Below are positions 18,904 through 29,500 of a stretch of 64,000 nucleotides of DNA, piece by piece. Position numbers and translations under genes: made by a program. Each line of letters opens with the position of its first letter. The stretch's first letter is position 1. The notes under the pieces were generated by a model, which searched no databases, was not told the DNA's origin, and was given only the letters and a program-made list of their open reading frames with translations. This stretch comes from an uncultured Bacilli bacterium (lineage in GTDB: Bacteria; Bacillota_I; Bacilli_A; RF39; UBA660), in assembly GCA_947628235.1 (NCBI GenBank), contig CANQZC010000008.1, positions 2,273 to 66,272 on the forward strand. The letters are read 5' to 3'.

Positions 18904-19293
18904 ATGAAAGTAATTACCGTAAAACAACCTTTCGCTACTTTAATTGCGGAAGGATTAAAAATATATGAGTTTCGAACATGGAAAACATCCTATCGTGGAG
19001 AGATTTGGATTCATGCGGGAAAAGGCGTTGATAAAGAAGCCATGAAAAGATATGAACATTTAGGACTTTCTTATCCTAAAGGATGCATTATTGCCCGTGC
19101 GAATCTAACGGATTGTGTCTCTGTCGATGAAACACTAAGAAAAAAATTAGAAGCCAAAGACCCACTCGTTTATTATGGCGTTCTTCATTCTCCAAATTGG
19201 AAGGGATATGGATTTTATCTTACGAATATAGAAAAAGTAACACCCATTCCTGCCTCTGGTAAACTAAGTTTTTGGGAGTATCCTGATAAGTAG
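18904..19293 (+). CDS. ASCH domain protein
   Basis: QPFA..IAEGLK.YEFR.W.TSYRG.IWIHAG and GKLSFWEY. Confidence 0.9.
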   Translation: MKVITVKQPFATLIAEGLKIYEFRTWKTSYRGEIWIHAGKGVDKEAMKRYEHLGLSYPKGCIIARANLTDCVSVDETLRKKLEAKDPLVYYGVLHSPNWKGYGFYLTNIEKVTPIPASGKLSFWEYPDK

Positions 19294-19299
19294 TGGATT

Positions 19300-19761
19300 A
19301 TGAAAATAGAAAGTATTTATGAACATTTAGATCTCTTAGATGAGATTATTACACTTACGCAAAAAGAGTGGGGAAGTTATGCAAATGAAGAAGAATTTCA
19401 ACAAAAATTAAATCGAAAAAAGAAACAAATTTTAGAACTAGAAAAAAGAAATGATTATGCGAAGTTAGTTCTTCTTGAAGGAACTACTTTGATAGGCTTT
19501 ATTTCCTTATTTCCAACCGATGGCGAAGAACATCAAGAACTAACGCCTTGGTATGCGACAATGTATGTGAAAGAAGAATATCGAGGACGGGGATATTCAC
19601 GCCTTCTTCATGAAGCCTTATTAAAAGAAGCAAAGAAAAGGGGATATTCGAAAGTTTATTTAAAGACAGATTTAAAAAATTATTATGAGAAATGGGGAGC
19701 TATCTATTTAGATACTCTTTCGAATGGCGAAAAATTATATTATTTTCAAATAGAAGAATAG
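19300..19761 (+). CDS. GNAT acetyltransferase
   Basis: YVKEEYRGRGYS acetyl-CoA motif, YYEKWG. Confidence 0.9.
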   Translation: MKIESIYEHLDLLDEIITLTQKEWGSYANEEEFQQKLNRKKKQILELEKRNDYAKLVLLEGTTLIGFISLFPTDGEEHQELTPWYATMYVKEEYRGRGYSRLLHEALLKEAKKRGYSKVYLKTDLKNYYEKWGAIYLDTLSNGEKLYYFQIEE

Positions 19762-19801
19762 AGAAGTGATGGTATGAAAAAAGATGGAAGCTGGATGAAA
19801 A

Positions 19802-20317
19802 ATGGAACCATCTAACAATTTTTTAATTGCCCAAATTCTTGGGATAGTCGCGCTTATTGTCCTTGTCATTAGTTGGCAACAAGAGAAGAAAAAAGCGTTA
19901 CTTCATTGTCAAATTGTTTCTGGACTTCTCTTTTCTATTCAATATCTTTTTTTACATGCTTATACCGGTGCGATTATTCACTTTCTAAGTGCTGTTCGTA
20001 ATTTTGTTTTCTCTAGGTATCCGAAACGAGCGCCACTTTCTTTTCTCATCCTTATTTTAGGCCTTGGAACCTTTTTATCCTTACTGAATTATGATGGTTG
20101 GATCAGTTTATTTCCTCTTATTGCCTATCTTCTTTATGGAACAGCAGTTTGGATAGGAAATTTATTAGGGATTCGCCTTGCGAATGTCATTAGTGATCTT
20201 TTAGGAATTCTCTATAATTTTTATGTAGCCGCTTATGTATCTTTAGTTACTTCGGTCATTGAACTTTTTTCTACTTTGGTATCTATTTATCGTTTTCATA
20301 TCAAAAAAAGGTTGTAA
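19802..20317 (+). CDS. YgjV-like inner membrane protein
   Basis: AQILG, L.AYTGA, RN.VF, multi-TM pattern. Confidence 0.75.
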   Translation: MEPSNNFLIAQILGIVALIVLVISWQQEKKKALLHCQIVSGLLFSIQYLFLHAYTGAIIHFLSAVRNFVFSRYPKRAPLSFLILILGLGTFLSLLNYDGWISLFPLIAYLLYGTAVWIGNLLGIRLANVISDLLGILYNFYVAAYVSLVTSVIELFSTLVSIYRFHIKKRL

Positions 20318-20335
20318 AAAACAATCTTTTTTCTA

Positions 20336-20365
20336 TTTACAATATACCCATATAGGGTATATAAT
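20336..20365 (+). promoter_or_regulatory. CsoR operator embedded in the cop operon promoter
   Basis: ATATACCC-ATATA-GGGTATAT inverted repeat (20342-20362) between TTTACA and TATAAT. Confidence 0.85.
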
Positions 20366-20377
20366 AAAGATGGTGAT

Positions 20378-20668
20378 ATGATGAAGGAAGAAAAGCATAC
20401 TTACCGTGATATGGAAACGAAAAAAGTGATAACAAATCGTTTGAATCGAATTGAAGGACAAATTAAAGGAGTCAAAAAAATGGTCGAAAAAGACTGTTAT
20501 TGTAATGATATCTTAATTCAATTATCAGCCATTCAAAGTGCGGTAAAAAGTTTATCGAATCAATTGTTAGAAAATCATTTAAACACTTGTATTTGTAAAA
20601 ATCTACAAGAAGGAAATACAGAAGTATTAGAAGAACTTACTAGTTTATTTAAAAGGTTTAATAAATAA
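20378..20668 (+). CDS. csoR: Copper-sensing repressor CsoR
   Basis: RLNRIEGQIKGV, YCNDILIQ, NHLNTC (Cys-His-Cys ligands). Confidence 0.92.
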   Translation: MMKEEKHTYRDMETKKVITNRLNRIEGQIKGVKKMVEKDCYCNDILIQLSAIQSAVKSLSNQLLENHLNTCICKNLQEGNTEVLEELTSLFKRFNK

Positions 20669-20677
20669 GGAGGAATT

Positions 20678-20887
20678 ATGAAAGAATTAGTATGGAAAGT
20701 AACAGGAATGCATTGTGAAGGATGTGAGGCAAGAATCAAAAAGAGTTTGCTTGCTATCCAAGGAGTAGAAGAAGTAGAAGCAAATCATGAGACAGGGAAA
20801 GTAAAAATAAAAATTTCTAAAGATATCGAGGAAGAACTTGCTGATCGCCTTTCTGATATCGGTTTTCCAAGAGATGAGAATCTATGA
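20678..20887 (+). CDS. copZ: Copper chaperone (HMA domain)
   Basis: GMHCEGC motif, 69 aa, between csoR and copA. Confidence 0.88.
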   Translation: MKELVWKVTGMHCEGCEARIKKSLLAIQGVEEVEANHETGKVKIKISKDIEEELADRLSDIGFPRDENL

Positions 20888-23046
20888 AAAAAATTATTTT
20901 AAAAGTAGAAGGAATGAGTTGTAGTGCTTGTTCGAATGGATTAGAAAAATATTTAAAAAAGCAAAAAGGAATTCATGAGGCGAGTGTTAATTTGGTATTA
21001 GCGCAAGCATCGATTCAATACGATGATTCTCTTACCATTTCTGATTTAAATCGGTTTATTGAAGAAGCTGGATTTGAAAGTAGTGGAGAATGGACATTAG
21101 AAGAGAGCAAGAAAAAAGAACCGATTCTTTTCGTTACGATTCTTTTTCTTTTCTTTCTATATGTAACGATGGGAGGAATGATTCATCTTCCAAGCCTTCC
21201 TTTTTTAAGTATGGAAAAAAATCCTGAGATTTTGGCATGTTTTGAATTCTTTATGACACTTGCCTTTTTGTACTATGGAAAAGATATTTTAAAGAGTGGT
21301 TTTAAGAATGTCATTCATCGTACTCCGAATATGGATACACTAGTTTCTCTTGGCGTACTAGCTAGTTTGGGATATAGTCTCTATTATTTTTTCCCAACGA
21401 TTTTAGGGAGTCCACACTATTTTCACCATCTTTATTTTGAATCTGTCGTTATGGTTATTTACTTTATTAAGTTAGGTCGTTTCTTAGATGGAAAAAGTAA
21501 AGAAAAAACGAAAGAGGCATTAAAAGAATTAGTTCAAATAACCCCTCAAAAAGCTCTTTTAAAAAAAGGTGATAAAGAGATAGAAGTTACGATTGATGAA
21601 GTTCAAAAAGGAGACTTATTAATTGCCAAACCAGGACAGAAAATTGCGGTAGATGGAATTATTAAAAAAGGTTCTTCTCATTTAGAACAAGCTTTTATTA
21701 CCGGGGAATCAGTACCTGAGAAAAAAGAAGTAGGAGAGGAAGTTATTGCAGGAAGTGTCAATATCGATGGATATTTAGAATATGAAGCAGTACGAATTGG
21801 AAAGGATTCTACTATTTCAGAAATTGTCCGTTTAGTGGTGGAAGCTTCCAACTCGAAAGCACCAATTGGAAGATTAGCGGATAAAGTAAGTGGCTATTTT
21901 GTTCCATTTATCTTAGGGATTGCCCTTCTTACTTTGATAGTATCTCTTCTTTTATCCGTTCCTTTAGAAGAAGCATTTACTTCTTTTGTGACAGTCTTAG
22001 TCGTTGCTTGTCCTTGCGCTTTAGGACTTGCTACTCCTCTTGCGATGGTTGTTAGTGTAGGAAGATGTGCCAAAGAAGGAATCTTGATAAAAAGTAGTGA
22101 AACCTTAGAAGCTACTTCTAAGATTGATACCATTATCTTTGATAAGACAGGAACCCTTACTTATGGAAATCTCCAAGTATTTCATATCTATACTTCGGTA
22201 GAAGAAAAGAAAGTAAAACAGATTGTGATGAGTCTTGAAAAATATTCAAACCATCCCATCAGTCAAGCCTTTAAAACTTATGAAAAAGAATTTTCTCTTC
22301 TAGAAGTAACCGACTTTCAAAATTTACCAGGAATGGGAATTGAAGGAGTTATCGATGGCAAAAAATATCAAATAGGAAATGAAAAATTAGTCTCTAAGAA
22401 AAAGTATGAAAAAGAAGCTTCTTCTTTGATGCAAGAAGGATGTAGTTTACTTTATGTCATCGAAGAAGGGGAAGTGATTGCTCTTTTTGGTGTAAAAGAT
22501 ATTGTTCGTGAATATGCCAAAGAGACAATTGATGCCTTAAAGAAAATGGGAAAAGAAGTAATTATGTTAACAGGAGATAATGAAAAGACGGCTTCTTTGA
22601 TCGCATCCTCTTTAGCGATAGATTCTTTTGTCGCAGATGTGTTACCAAAAGAAAAGACGGAAGAAGTTCAAAAACTACTAGATCAAGGAAAGAAAGTAAT
22701 GATGGTAGGAGATGGAATTAACGATGCTCCTTCTCTTACTTTAGCGACTGTGGGAGTGAGTGTTTTAAGTGGAAGTGATATTGCGACCGACTCTTCAGAT
22801 GTCATTTTAATGCATGATGATATTTCTAAGTTACCAAAGTTTTTTCAAATTAGTAAACGAACGATTTTAAATATTCAGGAAAATTTATTTTGGGCTTTCT
22901 TCTATAACCTTTTAATGATTCCTATCGCGATGGGGTTATTAAAACCAATTGGACTTTCTATGAATCCGATGATTGCCTCTTTAACGATGACAATCAGTAG
23001 TTTAACCGTTGTATTGAATGCTCTTCGATTACGGGGAGGAAAATAG
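20884..23046 (+). CDS. copA: Cu(I)-translocating P1B-ATPase
   Basis: GMSCSAC, TGES, CPCALGLA, DKTGT, HP, GDGINDAP, YN motifs. Confidence 0.95.
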   Translation: MKKIILKVEGMSCSACSNGLEKYLKKQKGIHEASVNLVLAQASIQYDDSLTISDLNRFIEEAGFESSGEWTLEESKKKEPILFVTILFLFFLYVTMGGMIHLPSLPFLSMEKNPEILACFEFFMTLAFLYYGKDILKSGFKNVIHRTPNMDTLVSLGVLASLGYSLYYFFPTILGSPHYFHHLYFESVVMVIYFIKLGRFLDGKSKEKTKEALKELVQITPQKALLKKGDKEIEVTIDEVQKGDLLIAKPGQKIAVDGIIKKGSSHLEQAFITGESVPEKKEVGEEVIAGSVNIDGYLEYEAVRIGKDSTISEIVRLVVEASNSKAPIGRLADKVSGYFVPFILGIALLTLIVSLLLSVPLEEAFTSFVTVLVVACPCALGLATPLAMVVSVGRCAKEGILIKSSETLEATSKIDTIIFDKTGTLTYGNLQVFHIYTSVEEKKVKQIVMSLEKYSNHPISQAFKTYEKEFSLLEVTDFQNLPGMGIEGVIDGKKYQIGNEKLVSKKKYEKEASSLMQEGCSLLYVIEEGEVIALFGVKDIVREYAKETIDALKKMGKEVIMLTGDNEKTASLIASSLAIDSFVADVLPKEKTEEVQKLLDQGKKVMMVGDGINDAPSLTLATVGVSVLSGSDIATDSSDVILMHDDISKLPKFFQISKRTILNIQENLFWAFFYNLLMIPIAMGLLKPIGLSMNPMIASLTMTISSLTVVLNALRLRGGK

Positions 23047-23083
23047 AAAAAGTATGATATAATAGAGAAAATGGGAGGATGTT

Positions 23084-23671
23084 ATGAAGATTTTTGTAAA
23101 TTGCCTTACAATTAGTCGTTTTGTAGTAGCGTTATTTTTACCATGGATGAAATATCAATATTCTTCCTATCTCTTTTTATGTGTCCTTGTCCTTCTTTTC
23201 TTAACAGATACTATCGATGGCTTTTTAGCGCGTAAATTTCAAGTACAAACTTTCTTTGGAGCTTTGATGGATACGATTGCGGATAAAGCGTTAAATATTA
23301 TTCTACTTCTCTGTTTACTTTCTTCTTGTCCTCTTTTATGGGTTATTCTACTAGGAGAAATTATTATTTTTGGCATCAATAGTATCGCTTTTTTAACAGG
23401 AAAGAGAATTCAAGCTAGTATTTTTGGAAAAGCGAAAATGTGGTTAGTTGCTTTTTCTATCCTTTTTGGATATCTCTATGAATTTCAAGGATGTGATTAT
23501 TCTTGGGTAGTAAGTGGTGCTGTTCTTGCTTTTGTATCTCAGTTGATAACGATTGTAAACTATGTTCAAACGCTCTTCTTACATCCTACTTTTGTTTCTA
23601 AGAAGAAAGAAAAAGTTCCTTTTCAAACTCTTCTTTTTGATACCCAGTATTATTTAGAAAATAGAAGTTAA
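23084..23671 (+). CDS. CDP-alcohol phosphatidyltransferase (PgsA-like)
   Basis: D-x-x-DG-x-x-AR-x8-G-x3-D-x3-D motif. Confidence 0.88.
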   Translation: MKIFVNCLTISRFVVALFLPWMKYQYSSYLFLCVLVLLFLTDTIDGFLARKFQVQTFFGALMDTIADKALNIILLLCLLSSCPLLWVILLGEIIIFGINSIAFLTGKRIQASIFGKAKMWLVAFSILFGYLYEFQGCDYSWVVSGAVLAFVSQLITIVNYVQTLFLHPTFVSKKKEKVPFQTLLFDTQYYLENRS

Positions 23672-23683
23672 GGGAGATTGTTT

Positions 23684-24559
23684 ATGATACCAGATTTTTT
23701 ATATGAAAAATTAAAGGAAGAATATCCTCTTCAAGTAGAGAAGATAATAGAAGGATACGGAAAGAAAAGACCAACCACTTTTCGGGTGAATTTTCTTCGT
23801 ACGACCAAAGAAAAAGTGATAGAAGAACTAGATAAGAATCACTTCCTTTATGAAGAGCTACCTTCTTTAGGAGCCTTTCTTTTAACGGAAGAAAAAGATA
23901 TTCGCGCGACTTCTCTTTATCAAGAAGGAAAAATCTATCTCCAGAGTTTATCTTCCATGATACCGGTTCTCTTTTTAGAACCAAAAGCAAAAGAATCTAT
24001 TTTAGATATGGCTTCCGCTCCTGGCGGAAAAACTACCCAAATTGCTTCTTTAACGCAAGATCAGGCGCTTATTACGGCTTGTGAGAAAAATCCCATTCGT
24101 TTAGAACGACTAAAATATAATTTAGAAAAACAAGGCGTAAAAAGAGTTTCTGTGTTGAAGGAAGATGCTAGAAAATTAGATTCTTTTTTCTCCTTTGATA
24201 AAATTTTATTAGATGCTCCTTGTAGTGGTAGTGGAACTATCTATCTAGGGGAGGATACTTCTTATTTTCAAGAAGATTTAGTCGAAAGATTGAGAAAACT
24301 TCAACACGAACTTTTAGAAAAAGCCATTTCTCTTTTAAAGAAAGGATCAACGATGATCTATTCTACCTGTTCTATCTTAAAAGAGGAAAATGAAGAGATT
24401 TTAAAACCTTTTTTAGCCCAACAAAAAGTAGAAATTGTCCCACTAACTTTAGAAGGAGTAACTCTTCTTCCTACTAGCATAGAAGGAACTTTAGTAGTAG
24501 AACCAAATGAACGATATGAAGGCTTTTTTATTGCTAAATTACGAAAGAAGGATATATGA
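23684..24559 (+). CDS. RsmB/NOP2-family RNA m5C methyltransferase
   Basis: LDMASAPGGKT, LLDAPCSGSG, YSTCS, EENE, GFFIA. Confidence 0.92.
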   Translation: MIPDFLYEKLKEEYPLQVEKIIEGYGKKRPTTFRVNFLRTTKEKVIEELDKNHFLYEELPSLGAFLLTEEKDIRATSLYQEGKIYLQSLSSMIPVLFLEPKAKESILDMASAPGGKTTQIASLTQDQALITACEKNPIRLERLKYNLEKQGVKRVSVLKEDARKLDSFFSFDKILLDAPCSGSGTIYLGEDTSYFQEDLVERLRKLQHELLEKAISLLKKGSTMIYSTCSILKEENEEILKPFLAQQKVEIVPLTLEGVTLLPTSIEGTLVVEPNERYEGFFIAKLRKKDI

Positions 24560-25191
24560 AAATAGTATTTGGAACGACGAATGAAAGAAAAGTAGAGGAT
24601 TTTCAAAAAGTAGTGCAACTCCTCGGCTATAAAATAGAAGTATTAACGCTTTCTCAGATAGGTTGGAATTTAGGAGAGATTGAAGAAACAGGTTCTACCT
24701 TAGAAGAAAATTCTAACATTAAAGCAGAAGCGATATATCAATTTTTAAAGAAGAAAAATTTAAATATTCCAGTATTTACGGATGATGGGGGACTCTTTGT
24801 GGAAGCCTTAGAAGGAAGACCTGGCGTATATACTGCTCGTTATGGAGATACCGAATTAAAAAAAGATCCCACGCTTCCTAAGTATGTAGGAGTCGAAAAA
24901 CTATTAAAAGAAATGGAACAAGAGACGAATAGAACAGCCTATTATCGATCTGTTGTCACTTGTATTTGTCCAGACGGAACACAATTTCAAGAAAAGGGAG
25001 AAACGAAAGGCGAAATAGCTAGAAAGATGGAAGAACCATTTACAAAACCTTATTTTTATACCGTTTTTTCTTATCAAGGAAAGAACTTTCGAGAACTATC
25101 TTTAGAAGAATTAAAGACGACTTACCGTTTCCAAGCGATTGAAAAGGCTTTGCGTAAATGTCTGGAACATGAGGGATTTTATGAAGATTGA
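24556..25191 (+). CDS. Ham1/RdgB-family NTP pyrophosphatase, divergent
   Basis: T-N-x-x-K, EETG.T.EEN..IKA, DD.GL.V.AL.G.PGVY.AR; C-terminal specificity motifs are atypical. Confidence 0.85.
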   Translation: MKIVFGTTNERKVEDFQKVVQLLGYKIEVLTLSQIGWNLGEIEETGSTLEENSNIKAEAIYQFLKKKNLNIPVFTDDGGLFVEALEGRPGVYTARYGDTELKKDPTLPKYVGVEKLLKEMEQETNRTAYYRSVVTCICPDGTQFQEKGETKGEIARKMEEPFTKPYFYTVFSYQGKNFRELSLEELKTTYRFQAIEKALRKCLEHEGFYED

Positions 25192-25801
25192 AAAACCAAA
25201 AATAAAAAAGGTAGAAGAAGCAAAACTCCCTTCTTTTCCAGAAAGTCTTTATGAAAAGAAATTTGTAGGAGAGACATTCGGCGATATTGTCTTTGATGAA
25301 ATAGAAATCGATAGTTGTGAATTTTGGAAAGTCGGTTTTTCCTCTGCGCAGTTTACGAGAGTAGAATTGATAGATGTTCTTTTTGAAGATTGTGATTTCT
25401 CGAATCTTTCTTTCGATAATTTATCTTTTACGCGTGTTCTTTTTAAAAATTGTCGTATGGTAGGAACTAGTTTTATTGGGGCTTCCTTTCATGATGTCTC
25501 TTTTACTTCTTGTAATGTCAAATATAGTAATTTTTCCGAAGCTACTTTGACACATGTTGAATTTTCAGATAGTACCTTAGAAGAAAGTACTTTTCTAAAT
25601 ACCAAAATAAAAGGATTAGAAGTAAAAAATGTATCTTTCCAATCTACGGAATGGATGAATACACCTTTATCAGGAGTTGATTTTTCTACCTGCTCTTTAG
25701 AACAAGCTAGTTTTGATATGGTATCTTTACGAGGAATGATTATCGATTCTTTTCAGGCACCACTTTTAGTAGGCCTTTTAGGAGTCAAAATAAAGGAGTA
25801 A
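25181..25801 (+). CDS. Pentapeptide repeat protein
   Basis: Regular x-F-x-x-C/A pentapeptide periodicity; ATG 25181 after a GAGGG RBS. Confidence 0.9.
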   Translation: MKIEKPKIKKVEEAKLPSFPESLYEKKFVGETFGDIVFDEIEIDSCEFWKVGFSSAQFTRVELIDVLFEDCDFSNLSFDNLSFTRVLFKNCRMVGTSFIGASFHDVSFTSCNVKYSNFSEATLTHVEFSDSTLEESTFLNTKIKGLEVKNVSFQSTEWMNTPLSGVDFSTCSLEQASFDMVSLRGMIIDSFQAPLLVGLLGVKIKE

Positions 25802-25803
25802 AT

Positions 25804-26475
25804 ATGATAAAATATGTCGTGTTAGACTTTGGAAAAGTTTTGGCTGCTCCCACTACAGGAGAATGGTTTTTAACTCCAAAGTTTTATGAATTAGTAGATA
25901 TGTCCTTGATTTCTCTTCCAGATATTAAAAAGGCGATAGAAGAATGTAATCCAATTTTATCTCGAAAAATGATGACTCAAGAAGAGGAATATCAAGCTTT
26001 TTTAGAATTTTATGAAACGATTTTAAAGAAAGTAAATTATCCAAACATAACGGATTCTCTTCTTCAGACTTTAGCGTTTGATTTTGCTTATGAAGAGGGA
26101 AAATATACTTTTTATGATAAAGTAGAAGAAGAACTTCAAAGACTTTCTAAAAAGTTTTCATTACTACTTCTTTCGGATAATTGGCCAAGCGTTCTTCCCA
26201 TTTTAAAAAATCATCATTTAGATATTTATTTTCAAAAAATTTATATTTCTTCTATCTATCAAGAAAAGAAAGAGGAAGGGACTTTTTTTAGACATCCCTT
26301 AGAAGACTTTTCAATTGCTAGAGGAGAAGCTTTGATGGTAGATGATAATGAAAAACTATTAGAAGTTGCTGTGAAAGAAGGATATCAAGTGCGATTAATG
26401 GACCGTGACAAAACGATATCGACTTCTTCCTATCCCATTCTTCAGTCTTTAGAAGAACTATTAGAAATGGATTGA
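25804..26475 (+). CDS. HAD-superfamily hydrolase
   Basis: VLDFGKVL, LLSDNW, MVDDNEK motifs. Confidence 0.8.
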   Translation: MIKYVVLDFGKVLAAPTTGEWFLTPKFYELVDMSLISLPDIKKAIEECNPILSRKMMTQEEEYQAFLEFYETILKKVNYPNITDSLLQTLAFDFAYEEGKYTFYDKVEEELQRLSKKFSLLLLSDNWPSVLPILKNHHLDIYFQKIYISSIYQEKKEEGTFFRHPLEDFSIARGEALMVDDNEKLLEVAVKEGYQVRLMDRDKTISTSSYPILQSLEELLEMD

Positions 26476-26543
26476 AATCAAGAGATGAAACTTGCTATTT
26501 CAATCCTTTTTTTTTATAATATTAGTAGAAAGTAGGAGAGAAT

Positions 26544-29500
26544 ATGAACTATCAGTTAATTCAAGCAAGAGTAGAAGAAGCAAAACGTTCTGGAACTTTA
26601 AACTATGATTGGTTTCAGACAAATTTTACCTTAGAGGAAAGGGTAGAACTATTTAATTCTTCGCTTTACTTTGCTGAAAAAGCCTCTCTTATGTTTACGG
26701 AAGAAGAGATTTTGGAACATGCTAGTGCTCTTTCTGAAGATTATTTTGTCTATGCTTTCCGAACACTATCTGATAAAAATAAATTACAACATCTTTTTCA
26801 AATTCAAAACCAGCCAGACGCAGAGGATATGATCTGTTTTTTAGCAGAGGAAATTCAAACGGATGATTATAAATTAGAGGCAGTGCGTTTTTTAAAAGAT
26901 AAAGAGGATCGTGCAAGTTTAATAGCAAAGTTAGATTCTGATGAGAAAAAACTAGAAATTCTTCCTTCTTATCATGGATCTCCAAGAGCTACTATTATTG
27001 CTAGTATGAAAAGTGATCAAATCAAAGAAAAATATATTCACTTAACTCCCAATCTAGAAACAATTATTGCATCTTTAGAAAGCGATGAGTTACGCCAGCG
27101 TTATCTTCATCAATATCGCTTTGTTCTTTCTGGATTTGCCAAAGTAGAAATTGTTCGTTCTTTTCGAGATGAAAAAATCAAACTAGAACACTTAAAGAAG
27201 TTTAAAAAGGAAGATGAGAGAGTAGAAATTATTCAATCTCTTTCTTCGAAAAAAATGTTAGAGTTTATTCCTACGATTGTTGGAGAGGATAATCGTAGAA
27301 TGGTTATTGGTGAGTTAGAAGAACCGGAGTTATTAACTATTTTACCTACCTTAGAGAAAGAAGAGGCTTTTCCTTTTCTATTTAACTTAACACGCGATCA
27401 ACAAAAAATCCCTTTCTTAGATGGATATGATCAAGAGCAACTTGCCACTTTACTCGGACATTTTAAAGATACTTCTTTATTCTTAGAGAATGTTACGCGG
27501 ATTCAAGATTTTGCTAAGATGGAATCTTTAATCGCGCATCGCGAAAATTTTCCTCCTTATTTTGAATCTTATCAGTCTCTAGTAGATTTATTTGCGCAGC
27601 ATTATCAAGTACCTGTCGAGCATCTTTTAACGATGATTGATTTAACTTCAATGCAATGTCTCTCTTATTTGAATAATGATAATATTCAACAGATTCTTCG
27701 TCTTCCGGAAGAAGAATTCAAAGAAATCCTTGCTTTCTTTAAAAAAGAAAATACGCAATTAAGTAATAATACATTTAATGATATTTTAAATTCTTTATTG
27801 CAACGACAATTTCGAATTGAACATTCTTCTTTAGTGAATATTTTTCCACAGTGTTTAGCAGCTATCGAAGCAAAAGATGTAGAGACTCTTGGAAATCTAT
27901 TGATTCAAATAGATAAAACTTATCCTTTTACAGAGTTATTAGTGGCCGCTGGAATGGATCAGCAAACCTTTGTTCATGGCCTTTTAGAAAAACAAAATCA
28001 GGCAATTACTTTCCTTCACCAAATTACCAATAAGTATTTAACCCTAGAAAGAAATAATTATACCAAAGAAAACTTAGAGGAAATGAGAACTCGATGCCTT
28101 AAAAATTGTTTTGAGAAAAATGCTTTAATTAAAGCAGCTATGAAGTGGATTTCTTGGAAAACTTTCCTCAAAGATGTGGATTCTTTATCTGTTCATTTCT
28201 TTTCACCAGAAGACCAAGAACTCCTTGCGAATGAATCTCTCTTAAAAGAAGTTTTCCAATTTAAAAAAGATCCTACTACCTATGGAAAAGAAGTCACAAA
28301 AGAGATGAAACAAGCCTTTAAAGCTTATCAACATATTTTCCGTGTATTAGCGGATCGAAAGTTCTTTCATGGAGGATCTAATTTACTTTCTACACCTACC
28401 TATGAACTACCAGAAAAAGATCCACAATTTCTCCTTTCTGTTTTAGGGGAGTTAGATGTTGAACATTTATTAAGTTTCTCGAAAGAAAATCCAGATCTTT
28501 ATCATAAGATGGGTGAAATGTTAGAAAAATATCAGTTTATGGCTTGGGGAGAATCTTTTAGTCCCTTCTTAGAAGAAATGGATTTATATTTTGATCCTTC
28601 CACGATTGCGAGTCTTATGAATAACTTCTCAGAGTTTTATCCAAGACTAGAAAGAAGTATGGAAAGAGGAGAATTAAGTGGAGTAACTATTACAGGATTA
28701 ATTGATCAAGCCAATTGTTATGGATCAGATTCTTATCGATATTCTCAGGTATTTGGAAAAGAGGATTATCAGTTATTAAGTTCTAATCCAGGACCTAACA
28801 GTGCTTCTATGAAACGAAAAGATAGATTAGCTATGGCGTTAGAAAAAGTTAAGAAAATCTATCAAAGAGATAGTATTCCTGTCCCACCAATTCAAAAAGA
28901 GTATACATTACCAAATGGAAAAACACTATTAGTAGAAGTAGGAAATGTAACTGATATGCGAAACCTAACTTTAGGAGAAAGAACCGGGGCTTGTATGAGA
29001 ATTGGGGGAGCAGGGGATTCTTTATTTGATTTTTGTCTAGAAGATGCCAACGGCTTTCATATTACTTTTAGTGATCCTAAAACGGGTCAATTAATCAGTC
29101 GCGTTAGTGGATTTCAAAATGGAAACTGTTGTTGCTTAAACCAGTTACGGGATAGTTTATCTATGGAATATACCGATATGGATTTAGTATCGATTTGTAA
29201 GAAGGTAGCTGAAGATTTCTTAGAGACAAGTAAACAATCTTCTCATCCTATCGATTTTGTCATTGTCTCTAGTGGGTACGCTATGCGACAAAGTAAGGAA
29301 AAACCAAGAAATCTCCATGTATCTGACATTAAGAAAGGATTAGGAGAATTTTATAGCGATGTTGCTCCTACCGCTATCGTTTTAGCGGAGAGAAAAGGAA
29401 GTAGAATTCAATTAGGAAAAGAAAAAGTAGAACGCTATGCACCCGTTCGTTCTTATCCTAAAAAATATGAAGAAGAAAATGCCAAAGAAGCGATTCAACA

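Noticed and set aside
25181-25801. Qnr-type quinolone resistance
   Set aside because: Pentapeptide repeats alone do not indicate Qnr; no mobile context.
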